Assembly: GCA_964358765.1 (NCBI GenBank)
Contig: CAYHPN010000001.1
Span: 91,182 to 155,181 of the forward strand
Direction: 5' to 3'
From: Candidatus Woesearchaeota archaeon
Lineage (GTDB): Archaea > Nanobdellota > Nanobdellia > Pacearchaeales > GW2011-AR1
DNA: 64,000 nucleotides
In this document: one piece after another, positions 54,691 through 63,489 of the stretch
Numbering within the stretch: position 1 is the first letter of the stretch
How the letters are laid out: every line of letters begins with the position of its first letter
Notes under the pieces: model-generated
Databases searched by the model: none
Told to the model about the DNA's origin: nothing
The model's input: only the letters and a program-made list of their open reading frames with translations
Program-made: the position numbers and the translations under genes

Positions 54691-54728
54691 TTAGGTTACC
54701 GAACTATTTAAGTTTATCGGTGTCCGAA
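54691..54728 (-). promoter_or_regulatory. promoter-operator cassette copy B (AbrB-like ORF)
   Basis: 33/38 identical to 53025-53062 in the same orientation (TTAGGTTACCGAA - CTATTTAAGTTT - ATCGGTGTCCGAA). Confidence 0.6.
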
Positions 54729-54965
54729 TCAATTCTTATACTCTTTTCGTGCTTTTAATCTTGCTTTTTCCTTAATAAACTCTTCTTTGTATAAGTTACC
54801 CTCATATTCTTTTAGTCCGCTTTTATTTAATTTTATCAACTTTCCCTTTCTATCTAATTCACTCTTGCAATAACCACAAGTCCAACCGCCCCATAAAATT
54901 TGTTTCATATTACTAGCAATTCTAAAGAAAGGTAACGGTTGTTTACAAACAGGGCAATTTACCAT
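54729..54965 (-). CDS. zinc-ribbon protein (transposon passenger)
   Basis: CPVCKQ...CGYCKS pair of Cys knuckles. TATA AATTTAAATA lies about 21 nt upstream. Confidence 0.5.
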   Translation of the reverse strand: MVNCPVCKQPLPFFRIASNMKQILWGGWTCGYCKSELDRKGKLIKLNKSGLKEYEGNLYKEEFIKEKARLKARKEYKN

Positions 54966-55013
54966 CTCAACTTTAAGAAAAGCCCATATTTAAATTTCAC
55001 TCAAAGAGCTTAA

Positions 55014-55039
55014 TTAGGTGTCGTTAACTTTACAGCTCA
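55014..55039. repeat. right terminal inverted repeat
   Basis: TTAGGTGTCGTTAACTTTACAGCTCA, the inverted partner of 51737-51762 (24/26). Confidence 0.75.
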
Positions 55040-55047
55040 CGGTAGGA
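55040..55047. repeat. target-site duplication, right copy (CGGTAGGA)
   Basis: Immediately outside the right terminal inverted repeat and identical to 51729-51736. Confidence 0.7.
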
Positions 55048-55081
55048 GTAGATTTAAATAATTGACTAGACTACGGAAAAT

Positions 55082-55501
55082 ATGGTTGAAGGTAATAAGG
55101 GCTATACTATAAAACGTTTCGAAAAAAGAAAAGATATTGCAGTTATACAATTAAGAGATCCTGACGAATTCTTAAGAGAGTCATACATGTGCAGTTTACT
55201 TTATCCTATGATCGCTGAACTAAAAAATGAAATTGAAAAACAAAAAGGAGTAAACTATTACTGCTTGGATTTGTCAAATGCCTCCAGACCTTTTGGTGGA
55301 TGCTCCCCCACTACATTAGTTTCATCTTTGTCAAGGGTGAAGAAAGAGAGACCGTATAAGTTAAGTGTTGTGTTCAAATATGAAGATAATAGAGAAAGAT
55401 TAAGAAAAGAAAGAATAGATAGGATGGCAAGAATACATAATAGTTTGGATTCTTTTAGAAAGGTTCATCGTATCAAAGCGCCATATAGATATGAAAAATA
55501 G
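55082..55501 (+). CDS. hypothetical protein
   Basis: 139-aa ORF. TATA TTTAAATA (55053-55060) ends 22 nt upstream of the ATG. Confidence 0.5.
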   Translation: MVEGNKGYTIKRFEKRKDIAVIQLRDPDEFLRESYMCSLLYPMIAELKNEIEKQKGVNYYCLDLSNASRPFGGCSPTTLVSSLSRVKKERPYKLSVVFKYEDNRERLRKERIDRMARIHNSLDSFRKVHRIKAPYRYEK

Positions 55502-55506
55502 GTAAT

Positions 55507-55980
55507 TTATTTCAAATCCATTTCCATTATAAAATTGTGCTCTAAGAATCCATTCTTTTTGTAAAATGAAATCGCATGCTTATTTGCTGCTGTTACAATT
55601 ACTTTTACCCTCTTAACTTTTTTAGATTTAGCCCATTTGATAAATTCTTTAACTAATAGATTTCCTATTCCCTTGTTTCTATGATTTAAAGGAATAAACA
55701 TGTTTTCTAGTTCTGCAATTAATTTTATTTTTCTATAACTCTCTGCTTTTTGTATACTTCCTATCAAATATCCGACGATATTATTTTCTATTTTTGCAAT
55801 TATAGTTAAATGATTATTTTTGATTATTCTATCTTTAAAGTATTTTTTATTTTTTATTGGCCAAGTGCTATCTAATGTATTGTCAAACTTATTATATGTC
55901 TCAAAATTAAAGAGCTCTTGATTTAAATTCATAATAGAACCAATATCTTCTAATTTTGCTTTAACAATTTTAATCTCCAC
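55507..55980 (-). CDS. GNAT family N-acetyltransferase
   Basis: ...MFIPLNHRNKGIGNLLVKEFIKWAKSKK... acetyl-CoA motif. Confidence 0.8.
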   Translation of the reverse strand: MEIKIVKAKLEDIGSIMNLNQELFNFETYNKFDNTLDSTWPIKNKKYFKDRIIKNNHLTIIAKIENNIVGYLIGSIQKAESYRKIKLIAELENMFIPLNHRNKGIGNLLVKEFIKWAKSKKVKRVKVIVTAANKHAISFYKKNGFLEHNFIMEMDLK

Positions 55981-56095
55981 ATGTAGAATATTTGTTCTTA
56001 ATATTTAAATTATTCTTAAATAAGAGAAGATAGACGCGTAAATGTAATATTGAAGGATAATAATAAATATAAACCCTAGACCTAATAATGATTAA

Positions 56096-57157
56096 ATGGA
56101 TGCTGACAATAAACCAGTTTATGCCATTGATATTGTATCTGATTTAATTAGAGCTTATTCTGGAACTGAACCTGTTTTTTTCCAAAGAGATGGGAATTTT
56201 TTCGCTGCTTCTAATGTTGGATTTGGATGGCTGGGGCATGGATTAAGCACGACTCCTAAGGATCCTGAAAGATTAAGATATTCTGAAAAGGAAGACGCTG
56301 AAATACTAGAATCAGAAGACATAAGAAATTCTGATGAAGAAAGAAAGATTAAGAAAAACGAATTAAATAGAGTTAAGCCATTAATCTTTGGTCCAGACCA
56401 TGACTGCTATTCTTTAGAAAACATGTTTGAGTTAGTTGAAGAAATTTCAAAGTTAAAAGATGATGGGAAAATAAGGATGCTTACACACGGAGTAAGATAT
56501 AGAAGCCATAAATACGGATACGCGTCTGATGGTGAAGATGTAGGGCTAAATTCTGGCAGGGTAATTGACAGGAAAAGGTATTTTGAACTAATGAGATTAA
56601 AAGAAGAAGGATTATATTCTGGACTTGAAAGAGTAAGTGAAGAAGCAAAAGACGAACCGGAATTTGGAATGGGAATGACCAAAAGTAAAAAAGATATTGT
56701 GGAAATGGCGTACGATGGAACTGAAACTGGAAGAATGGGCCATAAACCATTCTCAATTCTTGATGCACTTGTGATTACTCCTGATTTCTTAATAACATTT
56801 CCAAGAAATGGAACTTTTGATTATAGAGGCGAAAATAAAACTTGGACAGAAAAAACAGAATTTAACGGAAGAGGAGGAGTTTTAAAATTCAGAGGTGTTG
56901 GAACTGGAAGTGAATCTCCATTCTCTTCATACTATAGGACAAACTCCTTTGAGATTAGTGGCATTGACTCTCAAGATTTTGGTGTAGAATCTGAACAAAT
57001 AGATAGAACACTTGCATATGGGCGAAAAGTTATTTCTGAATTTATGCCTAAGATACAACAATATGTTGGGAGATTAAATAAGATGAATAATCAAGCATAT
57101 AGTGGTGAAATCGCAGGAAGAGAAAAGAGAAGACAAGAAGATCTTGCAAGAGTTTAA
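56096..57157 (+). CDS. hypothetical protein
   Basis: 353-aa ORF, no motif recognised. The antisense track ORFs inside it are shadows. Confidence 0.5.
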   Translation: MDADNKPVYAIDIVSDLIRAYSGTEPVFFQRDGNFFAASNVGFGWLGHGLSTTPKDPERLRYSEKEDAEILESEDIRNSDEERKIKKNELNRVKPLIFGPDHDCYSLENMFELVEEISKLKDDGKIRMLTHGVRYRSHKYGYASDGEDVGLNSGRVIDRKRYFELMRLKEEGLYSGLERVSEEAKDEPEFGMGMTKSKKDIVEMAYDGTETGRMGHKPFSILDALVITPDFLITFPRNGTFDYRGENKTWTEKTEFNGRGGVLKFRGVGTGSESPFSSYYRTNSFEISGIDSQDFGVESEQIDRTLAYGRKVISEFMPKIQQYVGRLNKMNNQAYSGEIAGREKRRQEDLARV

Positions 57158-57163
57158 TTAACT

Positions 57164-57697
57164 CTAAGTCCACATTTCCAAGGTCTTATCTATGAGGGTA
57201 TCAAGAAAACTTTCCCTATAAGTTATGATTAGCTTGATAATTTTATCTCGACTATAAATTAGACTGTATTTTGCTGATTTACTTATGGAAGATTTTTTAA
57301 TAATGTTGTTATCTATCAATTTTTTTAAATAAAATGATAAAGTTGATGGTAGGAGTTTTGTAAAAACTTCTAAATCTTTAAACGACGAATTAACATTTAT
57401 GGAGAGAAATAGGAGGATTCTTCTAATATTAGTTTGCCTCAATAAAGACAAAATTTCTATATCTTCATATTTTATTTCTTTAGGGAAATATTGGTCAAAG
57501 CCTTTTTCTTTTTTTTCCAATATTAAATCATTTTTAACAAGAAAATGAAGGTGATATTTCAATGTTGTGTATGGAATATTGCTTTTTCTTTCCAAATCTC
57601 TTAAATGGCATCCAGCGAATTTTGAAACCAGAAGAAAAATTTTATTCCTAAGTTCGAGTTCCAAGACTTTATCTTTTTTTGAATTTATTAATGGCAT
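57164..57697 (-). CDS. tandem winged-helix (ArsR-like) transcriptional regulator
   Basis: Two wHTH-like segments (LRNKIFLLVSKFAGCHLRDLERKSNIPYTTLKYHLHFLVKNDLI and IRRILLFLSINVNSSFKDLEVFTKLLPSTLSFYLKKLIDNNII). Confidence 0.6.
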   Translation of the reverse strand: MPLINSKKDKVLELELRNKIFLLVSKFAGCHLRDLERKSNIPYTTLKYHLHFLVKNDLILEKKEKGFDQYFPKEIKYEDIEILSLLRQTNIRRILLFLSINVNSSFKDLEVFTKLLPSTLSFYLKKLIDNNIIKKSSISKSAKYSLIYSRDKIIKLIITYRESFLDTLIDKTLEMWT

Positions 57698-57709
57698 TGT
57701 GTTTTTTGC

Positions 57710-58081
57710 CTATTTTTTAATTGTACCATAAAAGAAACTTAAAACTGCCCCAAATTCAAGTATTATGGCTAGAGGATTAAAAAATTCAATTTCAGCAATA
57801 AATAACTCTGAAGAAATAAGCAGACTCTTTATTGCAAATAATAAAAATGCCATGCTTACGAAGAAAAGTCTTTTTCTACCATCTCTTTTATATGCTAAAA
57901 ATGTTATAATGAATAGGATAGTGCATAATATTGCTATGATAAATGATAAAATTTTTTCTAGCTCTAAACCTTGAAACATTATATCCCCATCTTCTATTGA
58001 TTGAGCATTTATAACAGGTATGAAAAAAAATACAAACAATATTAGTAAGAATATATAGTTTAGATTATTTTTGTTTTTCAT
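57710..58081 (-). CDS. membrane protein, function unknown
   Basis: Signal/TM plus three further hydrophobic helices. Upstream of the regulator on the same strand. Confidence 0.5.
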   Translation of the reverse strand: MKNKNNLNYIFLLILFVFFFIPVINAQSIEDGDIMFQGLELEKILSFIIAILCTILFIITFLAYKRDGRKRLFFVSMAFLLFAIKSLLISSELFIAEIEFFNPLAIILEFGAVLSFFYGTIKK

Positions 58082-58170
58082 ATTATTTATAACCTTTTAA
58101 TCTTTATATTTGTTTTTAAATTGGATAGATCAAAAGTTGAGTGAATAAAGTAAAAAAAATTAATATTTAT

Positions 58171-58596
58171 TTAGTCGCCATCTTCTTCATCTTCATACTC
58201 TGTGCTTAAAACTTTGAAGTTTTCATCTAAATGAACGTCTACTTCATTTCCGCTATTAAGAGTTATTTCAATTTCAAAGTAGCCTTCTTCGTCGCCTATT
58301 TCTGTATCAGTTACTCTTCCTTCTCCAATATAAGCCAAAGCTGAAGCACTTGCTTTTTCTAAAGCTGTTCCGGTTATAGGCAATTCCAAAGAATCTTCAA
58401 CATCCATCTCAATTTCATTATTTGTTACCGTACTTGTAAGTTCTATAGTTTGCTGTTGAGAAGACTGGAGTTGTTTTGAAACTTTATTCTCTTGCACCTC
58501 ATTATTTGCACCTAAAGCTGAGATAAGCACACCACTCATTCCTAATAAGACAACAACTAAAATTGTAAGAATAATCTTTTCTGTTTTACCAATCAT
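58171..58596 (-). CDS. membrane-anchored PepSY-like domain protein
   Basis: N-terminal TM. C-terminal ALEKASASALAYIGEGRVTDTEIGDEEGYFEIEITLNSGNEVDVHLDENFKVL resembles PepSY. Confidence 0.5.
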   Translation of the reverse strand: MIGKTEKIILTILVVVLLGMSGVLISALGANNEVQENKVSKQLQSSQQQTIELTSTVTNNEIEMDVEDSLELPITGTALEKASASALAYIGEGRVTDTEIGDEEGYFEIEITLNSGNEVDVHLDENFKVLSTEYEDEEDGD

Positions 58597-58723
58597 TTTA
58601 TCCTCCTTACATTTTTTATCATGTTAGGTCGTGAACTTTTTTATTTATATATCTTATAGATCAATTGTTGAATGAAAAAAACAAAATCAACAGATTTATA
58701 AAATATTAAATGTTTAAGATAAT

Positions 58724-59023
58724 ATGGCAAAGAAGACATGGGAAAAACTTGGTGAAGCTGCAATTAAAGGCGGAACTGAAATAGTTAAAGGATTTGCAGG
58801 AAGAGTGAAAGAAAACATTGATGAAAAACTAGCAATGTATAAAAAGAAAATCTCAATGTGGGTATGGGAAAGCGTCTTCTTTGTGTTTGGATTTATTCTT
58901 TTAGCTATTGGGATAATGAAATATATTAGAAAATACTTACCAATTGAAATAGTTTACGTTATATTTGGATTGTTATTCATAATTGTTGGATGGATTTTTA
59001 ATAAAAATTCTGAGAAGAAGTAA
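58724..59023 (+). CDS. small two-TM membrane protein
   Basis: 99-aa ORF with two hydrophobic helices. Confidence 0.45.
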   Translation: MAKKTWEKLGEAAIKGGTEIVKGFAGRVKENIDEKLAMYKKKISMWVWESVFFVFGFILLAIGIMKYIRKYLPIEIVYVIFGLLFIIVGWIFNKNSEKK

Positions 59024-59055
59024 TGATTTAAATATTAAATTCTTTATTAATTAAA

Positions 59056-59613
59056 ATGGAAATAAAAACTAAAAGACTATTGCTTAGACCCTTAAGAAAG
59101 GGAGATGAAAAAAGCATAGTTGAAAATATAAATAACTTAAATGTTTCAAAATGGCTACTAGTTGTGCCTTATCCATATAAGAATAAAGAAGCACTGAGTT
59201 GGATAAAAAGGAATAGGGCGAAATGGAAAAGAAAGAAAAACGAAGATTATACTTTTGGGATTGAACTAAAAGAAACTGAAAAGGTAATTGGAGGAATAGG
59301 AATACATCAAATAGACAATTTTCAGAAAAAAGCAGAAGTAGGATACTGGCTTGGAGAAAAATACTGGAATAAAGGTTTAGGAAGCGAGTCGTTAAATGAA
59401 ATTATAAAATTTGGATTTAGAAAATTGAAGCTAAAAAGACTCGAAGCTCTTGTTTTTGTAGGGAATCCTTCTTCTGGAAGATTACTAGAAAAATTTGGAT
59501 TTAGAAATGAAGGACATAAAAGAAAGTCTGCAAGATGCAAAGCCGATGGTAAAATTAAAGATGAATATATTTATGGATTGTTAAAGGAAGATTTTAAGGA
59601 ACTTAAGCATTGA
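59056..59613 (+). CDS. GNAT N-acetyltransferase, RimJ/RimL-like
   Basis: TKRLLLRPLRKGDEKSIVENINN... N-terminus and GYWLGEKYWNKGLGSESL core. Confidence 0.8.
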   Translation: MEIKTKRLLLRPLRKGDEKSIVENINNLNVSKWLLVVPYPYKNKEALSWIKRNRAKWKRKKNEDYTFGIELKETEKVIGGIGIHQIDNFQKKAEVGYWLGEKYWNKGLGSESLNEIIKFGFRKLKLKRLEALVFVGNPSSGRLLEKFGFRNEGHKRKSARCKADGKIKDEYIYGLLKEDFKELKH

Positions 59614-59694
59614 TAAATGGTGAGAAGATTAGACCTAGTTAGTAATATTTTTTATCCCCTAAAAATACTTAAAGAATAAACATCTTAATTGGAT

Positions 59695-60042
59695 ATGACT
59701 ATGAATGTTATGGAAAGAGGAAACTCAGCTTTAGATGATAGCTGGCGAGATTGTTTAGTGGATAATTTTCCGAAAAATTTATATTATGATTTAGCACAAA
59801 TGTCTTTGGTTTTAGCTGAAGCTCATCTAAAATCTGTTTCTATAAAACTTGCGGGAGATAAAAGAAATGAAGAAATTTTGGAATGTATTAGAAAAGCAAA
59901 AGATTATGCTAGAGAGTTCAAAATGCCTTTTGATAATAGATTTTTAAATCATAGAGACGAAACAGCAGAGATGTATAATAAAATTGCTTTTAGATTAAAC
60001 CGAAAACTAGGCTATCAACGAATTGATTATATTCTTGATTAG
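59695..60042 (+). CDS. hypothetical protein
   Basis: ORF with the first ATG at 59695 (the track begins at TTG 59689). Confidence 0.4.
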   Translation: MTMNVMERGNSALDDSWRDCLVDNFPKNLYYDLAQMSLVLAEAHLKSVSIKLAGDKRNEEILECIRKAKDYAREFKMPFDNRFLNHRDETAEMYNKIAFRLNRKLGYQRIDYILD

Positions 60043-60140
60043 ATTTAGAAATGAATAAATATTTTATAAAAAGTTGAAAAATTTAAAATGTTATTGATTT
60101 TATTGAAATTATTGCAGATTTTGAATTAAGAAATAATTCT

Positions 60141-60893
60141 TTACTTCTTAGATATTTTCCAGACGTACTCAAAATATCTCCTATATTTATCTGCAACTTG
60201 ATTGCTTTTGATAAGAAAGGCTATGGGCTTATCAGAATAAACTAATGTTAGAACTATATCTTTATAAATGGCAATATTTGTTGGAAACTTTATATCAGTA
60301 AATTTAGATTTATAAAATCTTGAATCTGGAAATTGCATCATTTCCTCTTTTGTTTCTAGACCCATAATTATTCTTGCAGGGACTTTCTTCTCTTCTCTCT
60401 TTAGATGAAATTTTTTTATAAATAAATTAACTTCTTCTGTTGATATTTCTTTTTTACCAATTCCAAAAGCTAGATACTCATCATTGTATTCTAATTCCTC
60501 AAGTATTTCATTATAAACTGTTTTCCATCCATCTAGACCTATATAAACCCTAGATTCTTGTTTTTCTGAATTTTTTCCTTGGCCGTTAATTATTTCTTTT
60601 GCTATTTTTCTTGACTCTTCAATTTTATTTTCTATTTCAATTCTTTTTTCAATTAAGAATTCCGTAATTCTTGTCGGTTTTGATGCTTCAAAGTGTCTAA
60701 TTTTATCTTTTATTACCTCTGAGACCAATCCTTTTTGTTTTAATTTCTCTAAAACATCATATACTTTACTTCTAGAGACTCCAGAATATTTTATTAAATC
60801 ACCTGTACTAGTATTCCCCAATTTAACTAATGCTAGATATACTTTTGATTCTCCCCTAGTAAGACCCATATTCTCCAAATTTAATTTGTGCAT
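60141..60893 (-). CDS. TrmB-family transcriptional regulator
   Basis: GLTRGESKVYLALVKLGNTSTGDLIKYSGVSRSKVYDVLEKLKQKGLV. Paralogous in layout to 34328-35101. Confidence 0.7.
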   Translation of the reverse strand: MHKLNLENMGLTRGESKVYLALVKLGNTSTGDLIKYSGVSRSKVYDVLEKLKQKGLVSEVIKDKIRHFEASKPTRITEFLIEKRIEIENKIEESRKIAKEIINGQGKNSEKQESRVYIGLDGWKTVYNEILEELEYNDEYLAFGIGKKEISTEEVNLFIKKFHLKREEKKVPARIIMGLETKEEMMQFPDSRFYKSKFTDIKFPTNIAIYKDIVLTLVYSDKPIAFLIKSNQVADKYRRYFEYVWKISKK

Positions 60894-60986
60894 TGGAATA
60901 TTAGAGAGTTGGACTTTATAAATTTTAATACTGTATTCTCTTAGGGGGAAGATAATATTTACATAACTATATTTTTAACTAAATTA

Positions 60987-61607
60987 ATGAAACTGAATAC
61001 TCTTGAAGACATTGAAATCCTAAAATCAGACAGAAAAATTCAAGTTTTTAGAGTGGATCATATAATGCCATATACGATGGAAGAAGATATTAAAGAAATT
61101 GTAAAAATGAGAAAATCTACCCTTGAGAAAAGACTTTTTGCAGAAGATTATGAATATAATGATTTCGAAGTTGGTCCTTGTGTGGATATTAGAACTCTGG
61201 TTTTTTTAGCGCCTAAAGAGCCTATTGCGAACATTTGTGATTTAAATTATTTTGGTAAGGCACTATCTATTCATCTAAAAAATAAATATAGTTTTGAAAA
61301 AGCAAAAGAACAATCAAGAAAAACAGGACTTGAACCCCCTATTCAAGTTCTAGGTCTTCCTAGCCCTCCATATTTCCGACCAGGGGAATTACTAAATTAT
61401 CAAAGATTAGTGTCTTTTAGAGTTCCTGTGCCTTTGGTGAAAAAAACAATTAATTGCTCTCATCGATCATCTATATTTATTTTTCCAAGTGTGCCTCCAT
61501 CTTCCATAGCTTTTAAAAAAAATTATACTAAGATTGTTCAAAGTGAATCTGATAGTTTTGATCTAGTTAAATGGTATAAAGGAGAATTTTATGGGGAAAT
61601 TTATTAA
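60987..61607 (+). CDS. hypothetical protein
   Basis: 206-aa ORF, no motif recognised. Confidence 0.45.
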   Translation: MKLNTLEDIEILKSDRKIQVFRVDHIMPYTMEEDIKEIVKMRKSTLEKRLFAEDYEYNDFEVGPCVDIRTLVFLAPKEPIANICDLNYFGKALSIHLKNKYSFEKAKEQSRKTGLEPPIQVLGLPSPPYFRPGELLNYQRLVSFRVPVPLVKKTINCSHRSSIFIFPSVPPSSIAFKKNYTKIVQSESDSFDLVKWYKGEFYGEIY

Positions 61608-61608
61608 A

Positions 61609-62337
61609 TCAATCGTCTTGTTCAATTCTTGGAGCAAGAACGAAAGATAGAATAACTTCGCCTGTTGGGAAATCCAATCTCATGGGATGATTATCTGAGA
61701 AACTTAAGGAAGCTTTGTTTGAGATCTTTGCGCCTTTTACAAATTTTGCTAAATACTCTAAAGAGAATCTTGCAGTTGAATTTCCCGAATGGATTTGAGC
61801 TTCATCGGTAGAGAATTCTGCTCTTGCAGAATTTATTCCATGAGCTTCAACAACAAATTTATTCGGTTCAGCGATAAAGGTGCATGCATCTGAAACAACT
61901 GAACAATCCTCTATTACTTCAACAAATGTTTCTGAATTAATATGAACAACTGAATTAAATTCCCATTGGGGAAGGGATTTTTCCTCCATGTCTATATCTA
62001 TTAAAGCCAATGAAAAATCTCTTTTTATTCTGTCTTTAATTGTTAGATTTAGCATGTTTTCCTGTTTAGATAAAATTAATGCACTTCCAGGCTTGCATCT
62101 TCTTAAAACTGCTTTTAGATTGTTTAAATTCAGGCCAAGGTCTACATCTTTATCAAGATCGAATTCTGAAAATAGAGAAGAAGGTATTTTGAAATAAACC
62201 ATTGCAACGTTTGCAGGATCTATAGCTGTTAAGGTTATTCCTTCTTTATTTACTTTTATTCTAACTTCTGTTACTAATTCAGAAATTATAGTAACAATGT
62301 CTGAGAAGATTTTTGGATTTTCAAGTGTTAGTTGCAT
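61609..62337 (-). CDS. pcn: DNA polymerase sliding clamp PCNA
   Basis: 242 aa. FSDIVTIISELVTEVRIKVNKEGITLTAIDPANVAMVYFKIPSSLFSEF... with a two-domain layout typical of PCNA. Confidence 0.85.
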   Translation of the reverse strand: MQLTLENPKIFSDIVTIISELVTEVRIKVNKEGITLTAIDPANVAMVYFKIPSSLFSEFDLDKDVDLGLNLNNLKAVLRRCKPGSALILSKQENMLNLTIKDRIKRDFSLALIDIDMEEKSLPQWEFNSVVHINSETFVEVIEDCSVVSDACTFIAEPNKFVVEAHGINSARAEFSTDEAQIHSGNSTARFSLEYLAKFVKGAKISNKASLSFSDNHPMRLDFPTGEVILSFVLAPRIEQDD

Positions 62338-62393
62338 TTTTATTTGAAATAATAGAGGCTTATAAGGTTTATTGTTGTGGAAAAAAGATTTAA

Positions 62394-62711
62394 ATGATTG
62401 TAACTTGGAGAATAGTGTTGGAAGAACAGAAAGATTATCAAAATAAGAAAGTTGCTTGTAATGCCTTGGATAGAGTTTGGGATCTTTACCTTGAAGGAAA
62501 ATTAAGATCGGAAAATCTCAGAAGAATAGCTGAACACTTGATCGCATGTAAAGGTTGTGATGAAAAAATAAAAGAAAGAGCAAGTTTATGCAATCTTATT
62601 ATAAGAACTCCTGTGAATGAAATTTATAAAAATCTTAGCAATAATAGCAAGGAGATGATAAACCGAGGCATATTTTATAACGAGAGTTCATCGAGAGAAT
62701 CAATGAACTAA
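62394..62711 (+). CDS. hypothetical protein with an H-x3-C-x2-C zinc-finger-like motif
   Basis: AEHLIACKGCDEKI resembles the zf-HC2 motif of anti-sigma factors. Weak. Confidence 0.35.
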   Translation: MIVTWRIVLEEQKDYQNKKVACNALDRVWDLYLEGKLRSENLRRIAEHLIACKGCDEKIKERASLCNLIIRTPVNEIYKNLSNNSKEMINRGIFYNESSSRESMN

Positions 62712-62884
62712 TTAAAAAATAAATTTTTTAGTACTTGCTTACTTTTATGAAGTAGATTTTACATTTACCTTTTATAAATTTTAAGTAAATTAAAATTTAT
62801 AGCAATTTTACCAGCGAAGCTTCACAAAGCTGAGTTGATACATTTTTTAAATAGATTTAAATATTTGAGAACCTTTGATTTTTA

Positions 62885-63091
62885 ATGGAAACTGAAGGAT
62901 TGAGGTTTTCTGATGCGGCAAACGATCTTGAGACGGCCGCGAGCAGTTCTAATTACTTTGATAAAAATAGGAATAGCCCTAAGAGTATTGCAAGATATTT
63001 ACTTTATAAAGTGGCTGAAAAATTATATGAAAGAGGAAAATATTTTATTGACGCTCGAAGATGTTATGGGTTAGCTAAAAATGTTTTATAG
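62885..63091 (+). CDS. hypothetical small protein
   Basis: 68-aa ORF preceded by TATA-like sequences. No motif. Confidence 0.3.
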   Translation: METEGLRFSDAANDLETAASSSNYFDKNRNSPKSIARYLLYKVAEKLYERGKYFIDARRCYGLAKNVL

Positions 63092-63489
63092 ATTTTTTAA
63101 AGAAAAAAATTAAGATTAAGATCAAAATTAAATAAATTTTAGCATCTAATAGTATGTTATGAACCGACGAACTGAGCCACAAGGTTTAAAAACTAACGAA
63201 ACTGAGATTTTTTACTCAAAAGAATAATTTGGGGGCTAAAATCGTAATCGAAAATATAAAAATCATAAATCATACTCACTTCAGTGGGAAATATGGCGCT
63301 TTATCTTCGATAAAGTGTCATTCAGAGATAATATTCAATGATGTAAGCAGGAAGACAAGTAATACAAAAAATATTTGTTAAAACAAATGTTTTTTAGATA
63401 ATTCTTAAAGGATTTTAATTAATCGTAAGAATTATCTTCAAGGTATAATAATAAACAATAATTCCATTAGAATTATTATTTCAGAAGAA

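Larger units (their letters stand above)
51737..55039. mobile_element. 3.3-kb IS6-family-like transposon carrying passenger genes
   Basis: Bounded by 26-bp terminal inverted repeats (24/26 matches) and flanked by the 8-bp direct repeat CGGTAGGA. Contains one DDE transposase with IS6-like motifs and four other ORFs. IS6 family elements characteristically make 8-bp duplications. Confidence 0.7.

Noticed and set aside
51737-55039. Idea that the complementary segments at 51737 and 55014 are the pairing leaders of a split (trans-spliced) tRNA, as in Nanoarchaeum
   Set aside because: No acceptor, D, anticodon or T-arm sequence (no GTTCRAAT-like loop) adjoins either segment. The flanking identical 8-mers and the internal transposase fit a transposon far better.
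9038-62711. Impression that the many motif-less orphan ORFs (9038, 22684, 33603, 37069, 56096, 60987 and others) are compositionally distinct (more R/D/E, slightly higher GC) and might be a dispersed foreign gene set
   Set aside because: The difference is only an impression by eye, without statistics. The genes are dispersed and individually promoter-equipped, and they share no recognisable sequence family. That is not enough evidence to claim a system.
63153-63210. Possible C/D box sRNA (TTATGAA ... CTGA ... CTGA) upstream of the 23S gene
   Set aside because: The C box deviates from RUGAUGA at a critical position. No C' box is present, and the box spacing (9 nt guide) does not fit the archaeal 12-nt rule.
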